Shown here: positions 46,816 through 57,500 of the stretch, piece by piece
Numbering within the stretch: position 1 is the first letter of the stretch
How the letters are laid out: every line of letters starts with the position of its first letter
Source of the DNA: an uncultured Acidobacteriota bacterium
GTDB taxonomy: Bacteria > Acidobacteriota > Thermoanaerobaculia > Multivoradales > SZUA-115
Reading direction: 5' to 3'
Assembly: GCA_963805975.1 (NCBI GenBank)
Contig: CAWDVR010000006.1
Location: forward strand, 64,001 to 128,000
DNA: 64,000 bases
Made by a program: the position numbers and the translations under genes
The notes under the pieces: generated by a model
The model's input: the letters and a program-made list of their open reading frames with translations, nothing else
What the model was told of the DNA's origin: nothing
Database searches by the model: none

Positions 46816-48034
46816 ATGCGAAGCACTCTACGTTTTTTTCTTGCCTTGTGCCTGGCCTCGACGGCCGCCATCCGGGCGGCGGAGGCGGCCCCGCTCAGGG
46901 CCCAGGTGGCGCGCTGCAACGGCCTGGCGCTCGAGGACTCGGCCACCAAGGCGGTGGGGAACACCGAGGACCTGCGGACGATGGAGGTGCAGTTCGGCTA
47001 CGCGGCTTCGAGCGCCGCCACGAAGCAGGACGAGCTCGACGACACGGACACGGTCGAGATCTGCTCGGTGAGCCTCGGCTCCGGGGTCCGGTGCCCGTGG
47101 GCCGACGCGCAGGACGAAGCCTGGCTGGTCTTCGACAAGGCCCCGATCCGGGGCACGACGGCCGCCTCGTAGGGCAGGAGATCTTTATCCGCGCCGCGCC
47201 CATCGCGGCCGGGCAGCCGGTCCTGGGCGCCGCGGTCTGGGCGAAGATCACGGCACCCGGCGGCTCGACCCACTACTTGCAGCTCGACGACGACGGCCAG
47301 CACCAGGACGGCCGGGCGGACGACGGTCCCTACGGCGCCCTGTTCGTGGAGACCGGCCAGGCCGGCGCGTACTCGATCCGCGTGGTGGCGGCCGGCGTGT
47401 CCCCGGTCTCCGGCGCTCCCTTCCGCCGCGAGCAGATGCAGGCGGTGGCGCTGCGCCACGACCGCGACACCGACCGCGACGGCCTGCCGGACCTGTGGGA
47501 GCTGACCCACGGGTTCGACCCGCGGGCCACGGACGATCCCCGGTGGGCTGCGGCCCGACGGCGAGCGGCCCGTTCGAGATCGTGTTCAGCGGCCGCGGCC
47601 CGGTGAACGGCGTGCTGACGGACCGGGCGGACAACGATCGCCCCGCCTGCTACCGATTGCGTCCGCTGGTGGACGTCGCGGCGGGTGACTGGTCGGAGGG
47701 GGTCTGCGTGACCCCGCGCCCGGACCCGTTCCCGCCGCGGGTGGAGCTCACCCTGCTGCGCGCCTCGGCCTCCGAGGCCACGATCAGGATCGAAGCTTGG
47801 GAGATCCCGGCGCTGGGAGAGGAGGAGGAGCTGCTCGATCCCGAGACCCTAGTGAGCGGGGCGGCCGAGATGCGCATCTCCACCCGCGCCGACTTCGAGC
47901 GTGCGGCGTGGGAGCCGTACGAGCCCAAAGCCACGATCCGCCTCGACGGCAGTGGCCCGCAGACGATCTACGTCGAAGTGAGAGACGTGGCCGGAAACGT
48001 CTCCGACCCGGCCGAGCTGAGGGTGAAGGACTGA
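46816..48034 (+). pseudogene. Collapsed remnant of a large secreted protein in three frames
   Basis: RBS and signal peptide (46816); choice-of-anchor X-like LDDDGQHQDGRADDGPYG and DTDRDGLPDLWE in a second frame; EMRIS..TIYVEVRDVAGNVS in a third frame. Confidence 0.6.
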
Positions 48035-48105
48035 GTGTGAGGGAAGGCTTGGATTTCGAGTGCGTGTGGGAAGGCGGCTTGCCTCGGTGGGCCGCCTTCG
48101 TGTTT

Positions 48106-49230
48106 CTACCGCGAAGCGCTCAAGGCCGCATCCACCGTGATCTCGCTGCCGCCACGCCGCAGCTTGATCTTGACTCGGTCGCCGGCCTGGTAGCGCTCGA
48201 GGGCCAGGACGTAGTCGCTCGCCGACTCGACCTGCGTAGCGTCGATGGCGACGATCACGTCGCCCACGGTCACCCGCCGGCGGCTCTCGACGGTGGTGGC
48301 GCGGATGCCGGCGCGGTCGGCGCCACTGCCGGGCTCGACCCGCAGCACCAGGGCGCCGCGCTCGATGCCGAGCTGGCGGGCGACGCGGTCGTTGGCGATC
48401 TCCACCCCCAGGGTGGGGCGTACGATGCGGCCGTGGGCGATGAGCTCGGGCACCACCCAGTTCACCGTGTCGACCGGGATCGCGAAGCCGATCCCGGCGT
48501 AGGCGCCGGACGGCGAGTAGATGGCGGTGTTGACGCCGATCAGCCGGCCGGCGCTGTCGAGCAGCGGGCCGCCGGAGTTGCCGGGGTTGATGGCGGCGTC
48601 GGTCTGGATCACGTCGCGGATCGGCAGCCGGTCCTGCGACTCGATCTCGCGGCCCAGGGCGCTGATCACGCCGGTGGTGAGGGTCTGGTCGAATCCGAAC
48701 GGGTTGCCGATGGCGAACACCTTCTGGCCCACCAGCAGGTCGTTCGAGCGGCCGATGGGGAGGGTCTTCAAAGCGCCCCGCGGGGCCTGGATGCGCAGCA
48801 CGGCGAGGTCCTTCTCCGGCGCCTCGCCCACCAGCTCGGCGTCCCACTCGCTGTGGTCCGCGAGGGTCACCTGCAAGCGGCTGGCGCCGCGGATGACGTG
48901 GAAGTTGGTGACCACGTGCCCGGCGCCGTCCCACACCAGGCCGGAGCCCGTGCCCTGGGGGATCTCGTAGACGTTGAGCGAGAAGAAGTCGCGCCGCACC
49001 GCCACCGAGGTAATGTAGACCGCCGCCGGGGAGGCGGCACGGAAGAGCTCGATGGTGGCCTGTTCGTCGTCGGCTAGGTCGCCGCGCGCGGCCACCGTGC
49101 GCGGCTCGGCGGCGGGTGAGGCGGAGGCGCGCCCGGAGCTCTCGAATCGTTGGCCGGCGAGGAAGGCGACCACCGCAAGGCTGGCGGCGAGGAGCAGAGT
49201 GGAGAAGGATCGGGAACGCACGGTGCTCAT
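48106..49230 (-). CDS. HtrA/DegP-like S1C serine protease with one PDZ domain
   Basis: GTGSG, TNFHV, DLAVL, AIGNPFG, QTDAAINPGNSGGPL; C-terminal PDZ. Confidence 0.93.
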   Translation of the reverse strand: MSTVRSRSFSTLLLAASLAVVAFLAGQRFESSGRASASPAAEPRTVAARGDLADDEQATIELFRAASPAAVYITSVAVRRDFFSLNVYEIPQGTGSGLVWDGAGHVVTNFHVIRGASRLQVTLADHSEWDAELVGEAPEKDLAVLRIQAPRGALKTLPIGRSNDLLVGQKVFAIGNPFGFDQTLTTGVISALGREIESQDRLPIRDVIQTDAAINPGNSGGPLLDSAGRLIGVNTAIYSPSGAYAGIGFAIPVDTVNWVVPELIAHGRIVRPTLGVEIANDRVARQLGIERGALVLRVEPGSGADRAGIRATTVESRRRVTVGDVIVAIDATQVESASDYVLALERYQAGDRVKIKLRRGGSEITVDAALSASR

Positions 49231-49473
49231 GCCGAGAGCATGATAGCAGCCCTTTTTCGCGAACCGAGCAGGTCCGACAATGTGCAAATGCGCCGGCAAC
49301 GTCGAGCAGGTGCTAAGAAAACCTGTGCTAGGCTTTGCACCGTCTTATGTTCATAGACCCAATCCTTTCCGTCGGTTGCTCGTCGTTCGAGCACTGACCG
49401 AGGTCGGGGTTCCGTGCGGCAGCAAATGGTTCCGGGCTCGCTCGCGAGCCCGGCTCTTCAAGGGGTGCCATCG

Positions 49474-52400
49474 ATGACCAAGAGGTGCAGCAGGGACCGT
49501 GGACACGCGCGCGGGGCAAGGCTCGCCGTAGCGCTGCTCGCGGCGGCAGGTGCATGGACGGCCGGACCGGCCTTCGGCTCCGGCGAGGCCGTGCCCTTGA
49601 ACGCCTTCAACATTCCTCCCGGCGCCACGGTCACGATCACTTTCGACGTCAACGTCGACAGTCCGCTCGGCGTCTGCGCCTCGGCGGTCTCCAACCAGGG
49701 CACCGTCACCGGCAACAACTTCTCGAACGTCCTGACCGACGACCCGGACGCCGCCGGCGCCGCCAACCCGACGGTGACCGGCCTCGACGCCGTGGACCTC
49801 GCCATCACCAAGACGGACGGGGCCGCGAGCGAAGTGCCGGGCACCGGCGTCACCTACACCATTACGGTCACCAACGCCGGACCGTCCAGCGCCGTGGGCG
49901 CCACGGTGGCGGACACCTTCCCGGCGGCCCTCAGCGGCGTCACCTGGACCTGCGCCGCCTCGGCGGGCTCGAGCTGCACCAGCGGGCCGGTGGGCGGCAA
50001 CATCAACGATCTGGTGACGATTCTCTCCGGCGGCACCCTCACCTACACCGTCAACGCCACGGTCAGCGCCAGCGCCTCGGGCACCCTGGTCAACACCGCG
50101 ACAGTCACCAAGGCCGCCAACCAGATCGAGTGCAACCTCGCCAACAACAGCTCGACGGACACCGACACGCTCGCCCCGCAGGTCGATCTCGCGATCACCA
50201 AGACGAACGGCGTCACCTCGGTGGATGCCGGCAGCCCCACGACCTACACCATCACCGTCACCAACCCGGGCCCGAGCGACGCGGTGGGCGCCACGGTGGC
50301 GGACACCTTCCCGGCGGTCCTCACCGGCGTCACCTGGACCTGCTCCGCCTCGGCAGGCTCGAGCTGCACGGCCGGGCCGACCGCCGGCAACATCAACGAC
50401 GTGGTGACGGTGCGCGCCGGCGGCACGCTGACTTACTCCGCCACCGGCACGGTCTCCGGAACGGCCACCGGCACGCTCTCCAACACCGCCACCGTGACCG
50501 CGCCCGGCGGCACCACCGACACCAACGGCGGCAACAACAGCGCCACCGACAGCGACACCATCAACCCGCTGGCCGACCTCTCGATCACCAAGACCGACGG
50601 CGTCACCACGGCCGTGCCGGGGATGAGCGTCACCTACACCATCGTCGCCTCGAACGCCGGCCCGGCCACCGCCACCGGCGCCTCGGTGACTGACACCTTC
50701 CCAGTGAGCCTCACCTGCACCTGGACCTGCGTCGGGGCCGGCGGCGGCACCTGCACCGCGGGCCCGGTGGCGGGCAACATCGCGGACTCCGTCAACCTGC
50801 CGGCCAGCGCCTCGGTCACCTATACCGCGGTCTGCGACATCGCCGACGCCGCCACCGGATCGATCAGCAACACGGCGACGATCGGCGGCGGTGGAGTGGT
50901 CGACAACACGCCGGGCAACAACAGCGCCACCGACACCGACACGCTGCGGACCCTGGACTTCGGCGACGCGCCGCACTCCGTGCTCGGTCCGCCCTGGCAG
51001 TACCCGACGCTGCTGGCCGACAACGGCGCCCGCCACGGCGTGGTCACCGGCTTCCGCCTCGGTGCAGCCATCGACTCCGAGGCCGACGGCCAGCCGACCG
51101 CCAACGCCGACGGCGACGACCTCAACGGCGCCACCCCCGACGACGAGGACGGCGTCACTCTGCCGGCGTTCCTCGTCACCTGCGAGTCGGCGAGCGTGAC
51201 GGTCAACGCCTCCGCGGTGGGCAAGCTCGACGCCTGGGTGGACTTCAACCGCGACGGCGATTTCACCGACCCGGGCGAGAAGGCGATCAACAACCTGGCC
51301 CTGGTGGCCGGCGCCAACCCGGTGAGCCTGGCCGTGCCCTGCACGGCCACGGTGACGGCGCAGACCTTTGCCCGCTTCCGCCTCTCCACCGTGGGTGGCA
51401 TCGCCGCCAACGACGTGGCAGCGGACGGCGAGGTCGAGGACTATCCGGTGGCGATCCGCGGCCTCGACTTCGGCGATGCCGCCGATCCGTCCTATCCGAC
51501 CCTGGTGGCGTCGAACGGCCCGCGTCACGTGCTGGGCGGCGGCGGCCCGATCCTCGGCGCGCAGGTGGATGCCGAGGCCAACGGCCAGCCGAGCGCCGGT
51601 GCCAACGGCGACGACCTGGCGGGTCTCGACGACGAGGACGGCGTGACCTTCACCTCGCCGCTGGTCCCCGGCCAGACCGCGACGGTGAGCGTCACCGCCT
51701 CGGCGGCCGGCGTGCTCAATGCCTGGATCGACTTCAACGCCGACGGCGGCTTCGGTCAGCCCGGCGACCAGATCTTCACCAACGCGGCGGTCGCGCCGGG
51801 CCCCAACAGCCTCAGCTTCCCGGTGCCGGCAGGGGCGACCTCCAACACCGCCACCGTGGCCCGCTTCCGGGTGGCCACCGCGGGCGGCCTGTCGTTCACC
51901 GGCGCAGCGGCCGACGGCGAGGTGGAGGACCACCCGGTCACCACCGCGCCGGTCGCCGACCTCTCGATCACCAAGACCGACGGCTCCACGACCGAGGTGC
52001 CCGGCACCAGCGTCACCTACACCATCGTGGCCACGAACAGCGGCCCCAACCCGATCATCGGCGCCACGGTCACCGACACCTTCCCGGCGGCGATCAGCGG
52101 CGTGTCCTGGACCTGCGTCGGCGCGGGCGGCGGCACCTGCACGGCGGGCCCGGTGGCGGGCAACATCAACGACACGGGCAACCTGCCGGTCGGCGCCACG
52201 GTCACCTACACGGCCACGGGCACGATCTCGGCCGCGGCGACCGGTACGCTCGTCAACACCGCGAGCGTCGCCGTGCCCGCCTCGGCCTTCGATCCCAACG
52301 GCGCCAACAACAGCGCCACGGACACCGACACGCTGACGCCGCAGACCGACCTCGCGATCACCAAGACCGACGGCGCGGCTTCCGAGGTTCCTGGCACCGG

Positions 52401-54484
52401 CGTCACCTACACCATCGTGGTGACCAACGCCGGGCCCTCGAACGCTGTGGGCGCGACGGTGGCGGACACCTTCCCGGCGAGCATCAGCGGCGTCAACTGG
52501 ACCTGCGTCGCCGCGGGCGGTGCCTCCTGCGCCGCGGGCGGCAGCGGCAACATCAACGACACGGTGAACGCTGCCGGTAGGCGGCAGCGTCACCTACACC
52601 GCCACCGGCAACATCTCCGCCTCGGCCACCGGCACGCTCGTCAACACGGCGACCGTGACCGCGGCCGCCGGCGCCACCGACCCCAACCCAGGTAATAACA
52701 GCGCCACCGACACCGACACGCTGACGCCGCAGACCGATCTCGCGATCACCAAGACCGATGGCGCCGCCAGCGAGGTGCCCGGCACGCCGGTGACCTACAC
52801 CATCGTGGTGACCAACGCCGGGCCTTCGAACGCCGCGGGTGCGACCGTGGCGGACACCTTCCCGGCGGCGATCAGCGGTGTCAACTGGACCTGCGTCGCC
52901 GCGGGCGGCGCTTCCTGCGCCGCGGGCGGCAGCGGCAACATCAACGACACGGTGAACGTGCCGGTGGGCGGCAGCGTCACCTACACCGCCACCGGCAACA
53001 TCTCCGCCTCGGCCACCGGCACGCTCGTCAACACGGCGACCGTGACCGCGGCCGCCGGCGCCACCGACCCCAACCCGGGCAACAACAGCGCCACCGACAC
53101 CGACACGCTGGCCGCGGAGGCGGACCTCGAGATCACCAAGGAAGACAGCGCCGATCCGCCGCCGGCCGGCCAGGATCTGATCTACACCCTCACCGTGGAG
53201 AACCTCGGTCCGTCCGATGCGCTCAACGTGGTGGTGAGCGATGCGCTGCCCTCCGAGGTCACCTACGTGAGCGACGACTGCGGCGGCACCAACACTCCGC
53301 CGTGGACCTGGAACGTCGGCACCCTGGCGGACGGTGCCACGGTGACCTGCAACATCACGGTGTCGATCAACCCCACGCCGCCGGCCTCGATCTCCAACAC
53401 GGCGACCGTGGATTCCGACACCACGGACCCGGTCTCGGGCAACGACTCGGACACCGAAGAAACCCAGCTCGACGCCATTCCTCCCCAGGTGGACAACGTC
53501 GACAGCGTGGCCGGCACCGGCGACGGCGAGCTCACGGAGTGCGAGACCGCCAACGTCGAGGTCAGCCAGCTCCTCGTCACCTTCAGCGAGGAGATGAACG
53601 ATCCGCCGGGCGACACCGATCCGGGCGACGTGACCAACCCGGCGAGCTACCTGCTGGTCAAGCCCGGCCCGGACTTCCAGTTCGCGACCACCGGCTGCAC
53701 CGGGGTGGCGGGCGACGACGTGGCGGTGACCATCACCTCGGTGACCTACGACAGCGGCACCGACACCGCGACGCTCCACCTGGCCGGCGACCTCGCCGAC
53801 GCGCAGCACCGGCTCTACGCCTGTGCCAGCCTGACCGACCTGGCCGGCAACCCGCTCGACGGCGACGGCAGCCGCGGCCCGGTGGGCACGGACTTCGTGC
53901 GTGGCTTCCGCGTCGACGCCGACAACCTGCTGGCCAACGGACACTTCGACTGCAACCTCCTGAGCTGGACCGAGATCGAGCCGACCAGCGGCGAGGTGGA
54001 GTGGGATGGAGATGACGCGGACACCGCGGTCACCTCCGGCTCCACGGAGGTCGTCAACCTGATGCCGGGCCTCGACACCAGCTTCGGCCTGTCGCAGTGC
54101 GTGCCCGTGCCGGGCAGCACCAAGCTCGACCTCTCGTCGCGGGTACGCCTGACGGCCGGAGCGGGCGTCTCGCTCTCCTTCGTGCGCTCCTGCCAGTTCT
54201 TCTCGTCGGCCGCCTGCACCGGCAGCCTGGGCGGCCCGTCCGATGCCTTCCTGCTCTCCGACACCGGGGGCACCTGGCTGACGTTCGCCCGCCAGGTGGA
54301 CTCCGCCGCCGGCGCCGCCTCCGTCCGCTGTGAGTTCCGCTTCGCGACGCCGACCGGCGTCAGCTTCGACGGCGCGATCGACCAGCTCTTCCTGGGTCTC
54401 ACCGGGGAGATCTTCTCGGACGGCTTCGAGACCGGCGACACCAGCCAATGGACGCAGTGCGTCGGCCTGGGGTGCCCGCCATGA
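49474..54484 (+). CDS. Giant surface stalk protein: half domain + 7 DUF11 + 2 GEVED + Ig-like + IFSDGFETG tail; +1 frameshift at about 52570 (1669 aa when corrected)
   Basis: Signal peptide; repeats DLxITK..YTI..N.GP..D..P..WTC..C..NTA..NNSATD; LDFGDA..DDEDG..AWxDFN..GEVED twice; two track ORFs join by removing one base. Confidence 0.88.
52321..53100 (+). repeat. Two near-identical tandem DUF11 coding repeats (387-bp unit)
   Basis: GACACCGACACGCTG recurs at 52321, 52709 and 53096 (388 and 387 bp apart). Confidence 0.85.
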
Positions 54485-54543
54485 GCCACCTACGGAGCGC
54501 CAGTGAATACAACCGTGAAGCCGCCTGCGAGGAGACTCCTAGC

Positions 54544-57500
54544 ATGACCAGATCCCTGAGCAGCACCATCAGGGTTGCACTCGACAGTAGGAAAACGCGG
54601 CGCGCCGCCGCGCGGAAGCTGGCGCTCCTCCTGGTGCTGGCCTCGAGCGTGGCGGCTCCCCAGGCAGGGGCCGAGGTGGGCTTGCAGTACGTGCCCGTGC
54701 CGGCCGTCGAGACCGCACTGCCGCCGCTGCCCCCGACCACCCTGTTCCCCGTACAGCTCGTGGTGGACGACGACGCTGCCGAGGGGGTGGTGGGAGTGGC
54801 CGGCCAGACAGCACGGCAGTTCCTGTGGTTCAACCGCTTCACCCCGGGCGTGCCGTTCTCGCTCGAGGAGGTCTGGGTGCTGTTCACACCGGGCCCCAAC
54901 ATGGCCCTGGGCAACGCCATCCAGCTCGCCATCTACTCCGACGCGGACGGCAACCCGGCCAACGGCGCCACGCTGCTCGCGAGCTTCAACCAGACCATCC
55001 TGGCGCTCGACGGCAACACCTTCTCCGTCTACCCGCTGCCGGCGCCGGTCGACTTCGACGGCGTGGGCGACCTGCTGATCGGCGTCATTCCCCGCTTCAT
55101 CGTCAGTGGCGTGACCTCTCCCACGCAGCCGGCTTCGATCGACACCACGGCGAGCGAGGGCCGCTCGTGGATCGGCGTCTGGTCCACCGACCCGCCCGAT
55201 CCGCCGGTGCTCGTGCCGCCGCCCGACCAGCAGATCTCGACCATCGACGGCTTCCTGCCCGGCAACTGGATGGTCCGCGGCTTCGGCACTCCGGCCGAGA
55301 CGCTCGCCATCCCGACTCTCGGCGGTGGCGGCCTGCTGCTCCTCGCCGGCCTGCTGGCGCTGGCGGCGGGCGCCGTGCTGCGCCGGCGGGCCCGCGGCGC
55401 GGCCCTCCTGGCCCTGGCGCTGGCGGTGGCGAGCCCGGCCCTGCCGGCCGTGGCCCAGACCAACATCGACACCTTCACCACCAACCAGGCCACGCTCAGC
55501 GCGCCGCCCGACTCGAGCTCGACGGCCACCGGGGGCGCCGACATCATCGGCACCCGCCGCGGCCTGGTGGCGAGGAACCTGACCGGCGTCGGCCCCACGA
55601 CGGCAGGAGTCACCGGCGGCAGCCTCACCTTGCTGGTCACCAATACCACCCCCGATTCGCGGGGCGAGGCGCGCCTTTCCTGGGACAACGACACGGCTCC
55701 CGGCACCCTGAACCCGACTGGCCTGGGTGGCGTGAACCTCACCACCGGCGGCGCGAGCGGCTTCCGCATCCGCGTCAACTCGGCGAGCGTTGCCGGCAGC
55801 GAGATCGAGATGGTCGTGCACTCGAACGCCACCTCCTCGTCGCGGGCCTCGCTGGTGCTGCCCCTCGTGGCCGCACCGCAGAACTTCGTGCTGCCGTTCT
55901 CCGAGTTCATCCAGGCCGGCACCAGCGCCGCCAACTTTGCGAGCGTCGGTGCCATCGAGATGACGGTGCGGAGCCGAGAGGGAACCGTGGTGCTGGACGA
56001 GGTGGTGACCGCCTTACCGGTGATCGCCGCCACCAAGGCAGACGCCCTGGTGATCGACAACGACAGCGACACCAAGGCCGATCCCGGCGACCGCGTGCGC
56101 TACACAGTGACCATCACCAACACCGGCAGCGAGGGGATCTCCGTCGACCTGACGGATACCGTGGACTCCAATACCACTCTGGTGGGCGGCTCGGTGAGCT
56201 CGACGCCGGTGGCGAAGAACGACCAGTACACCTGGTTCGGCAACGTCACCCTGACGGTGGACGGCACGCCTTTCCCGGCGCTGCTCGCCAACGACACCGA
56301 TCCGGACGGCGACACGGTGACCATCTCCGCCTTCGACGCCACCACGGCGCAGGGCGGCTCGGTCACGGGCGTGAACGTCAACACCGGCGAGTTCACCTAC
56401 AACCCACCCGCCGGCTTCCGCGGCGTGGACTCCTTCAACTACACCATCGTCGACAACGACGCACACACCTCGGTGGCCTCGGCGCGCATCACGCTCGAGG
56501 GCATCGTCTGGTTCGTCGACGACTCGAACACCACGCCGCCGCACCTCGGCACGCTGTCCGACCCGTTCCAGAGCCTGGCGAGCCTCGGGGGTTCCGACCC
56601 GGATGCGCCGGGGGACATCCTCTTCATCTTCGACGACGACGGCACCCCCTACGCCGGCGGCCTGGTCCTGGAAGCGAACCAGACCCTCCTGGGCGAGGCC
56701 GAGGGCTTGGTGCTCGGCGGCCAGACCATCGTGCCGGCGGGCGGCAGACCGCAGATCACCAACGCGGCGGGCGTCGGCCTGACGCTGGCGACCGCCAACA
56801 CCGTGCGCGGTCTCGACGTCCAGGCAACGAGCGGGGCCGGGATCGCCGGCACCTCCTTTGGCACCCTGACGGCCAGCAACGTCAACGTCATCAGCGCCGG
56901 CGGCGCGGCGCTCGACCTCGCGACCGGCAACCTGGCGGCGACCTTCGGCACCCTGTCCTCGAGCGGCACGGGCGGGCAGCGCGGCATCCAGCTGGTGACC
57001 GTCACCGGCTCGCTGACCGTGACCACCACGAGCCTCACCAACCCGACGACGCAGGGCATCCGTGTCGCCAGCTCGCCGGCGGTGGTGCTCGACTTCGGCA
57101 ACACCACCATCACCGACTCGGCGGTGGGCTCCGGCGCCACCGCCATCGGTATCGACGTGGCGACCGGCAACGCCGGCGCGAGCTTCACCTTCGACAGCCT
57201 TGCCGTGACCACCGATGCCGGCGCCGGCCTGCTGGCCAACGGCAGCGGCACCGTCAACATCGGCGGCGTGGGCAACACGATCAACGCCACGGGTGGCGCG
57301 GCGGTGGACATCACCTCGACCAGCCTGGGCAGCGGCGCCACGTTCTCGACGCTCACCTCCACCAACTCCGCCGGCAAGGGCGTCAACCTCGACACCGTCA
57401 CCGGCAGCTTCACCGCCACCGGCGGCTCGATCAGCGGCCCGGCCGGGATCGGCTTCGACCTCAACGCCGGCTCGGCGAACGTCACCTACGCCGGCTCGCT

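Noticed and set aside
49260-49345. Riboswitch upstream of the stalk gene (GTGCAAA/TTTGCAC inverted repeat, GAGCAGGT direct repeat)
   Set aside because: No match to c-di-GMP or other aptamer consensus that I can recognise; the repeats are too short to call.
52560-52580. Programmed frameshift or phase-variable tract
   Set aside because: No slippery heptamer or homopolymer run; looks like a repeat-consensus error.
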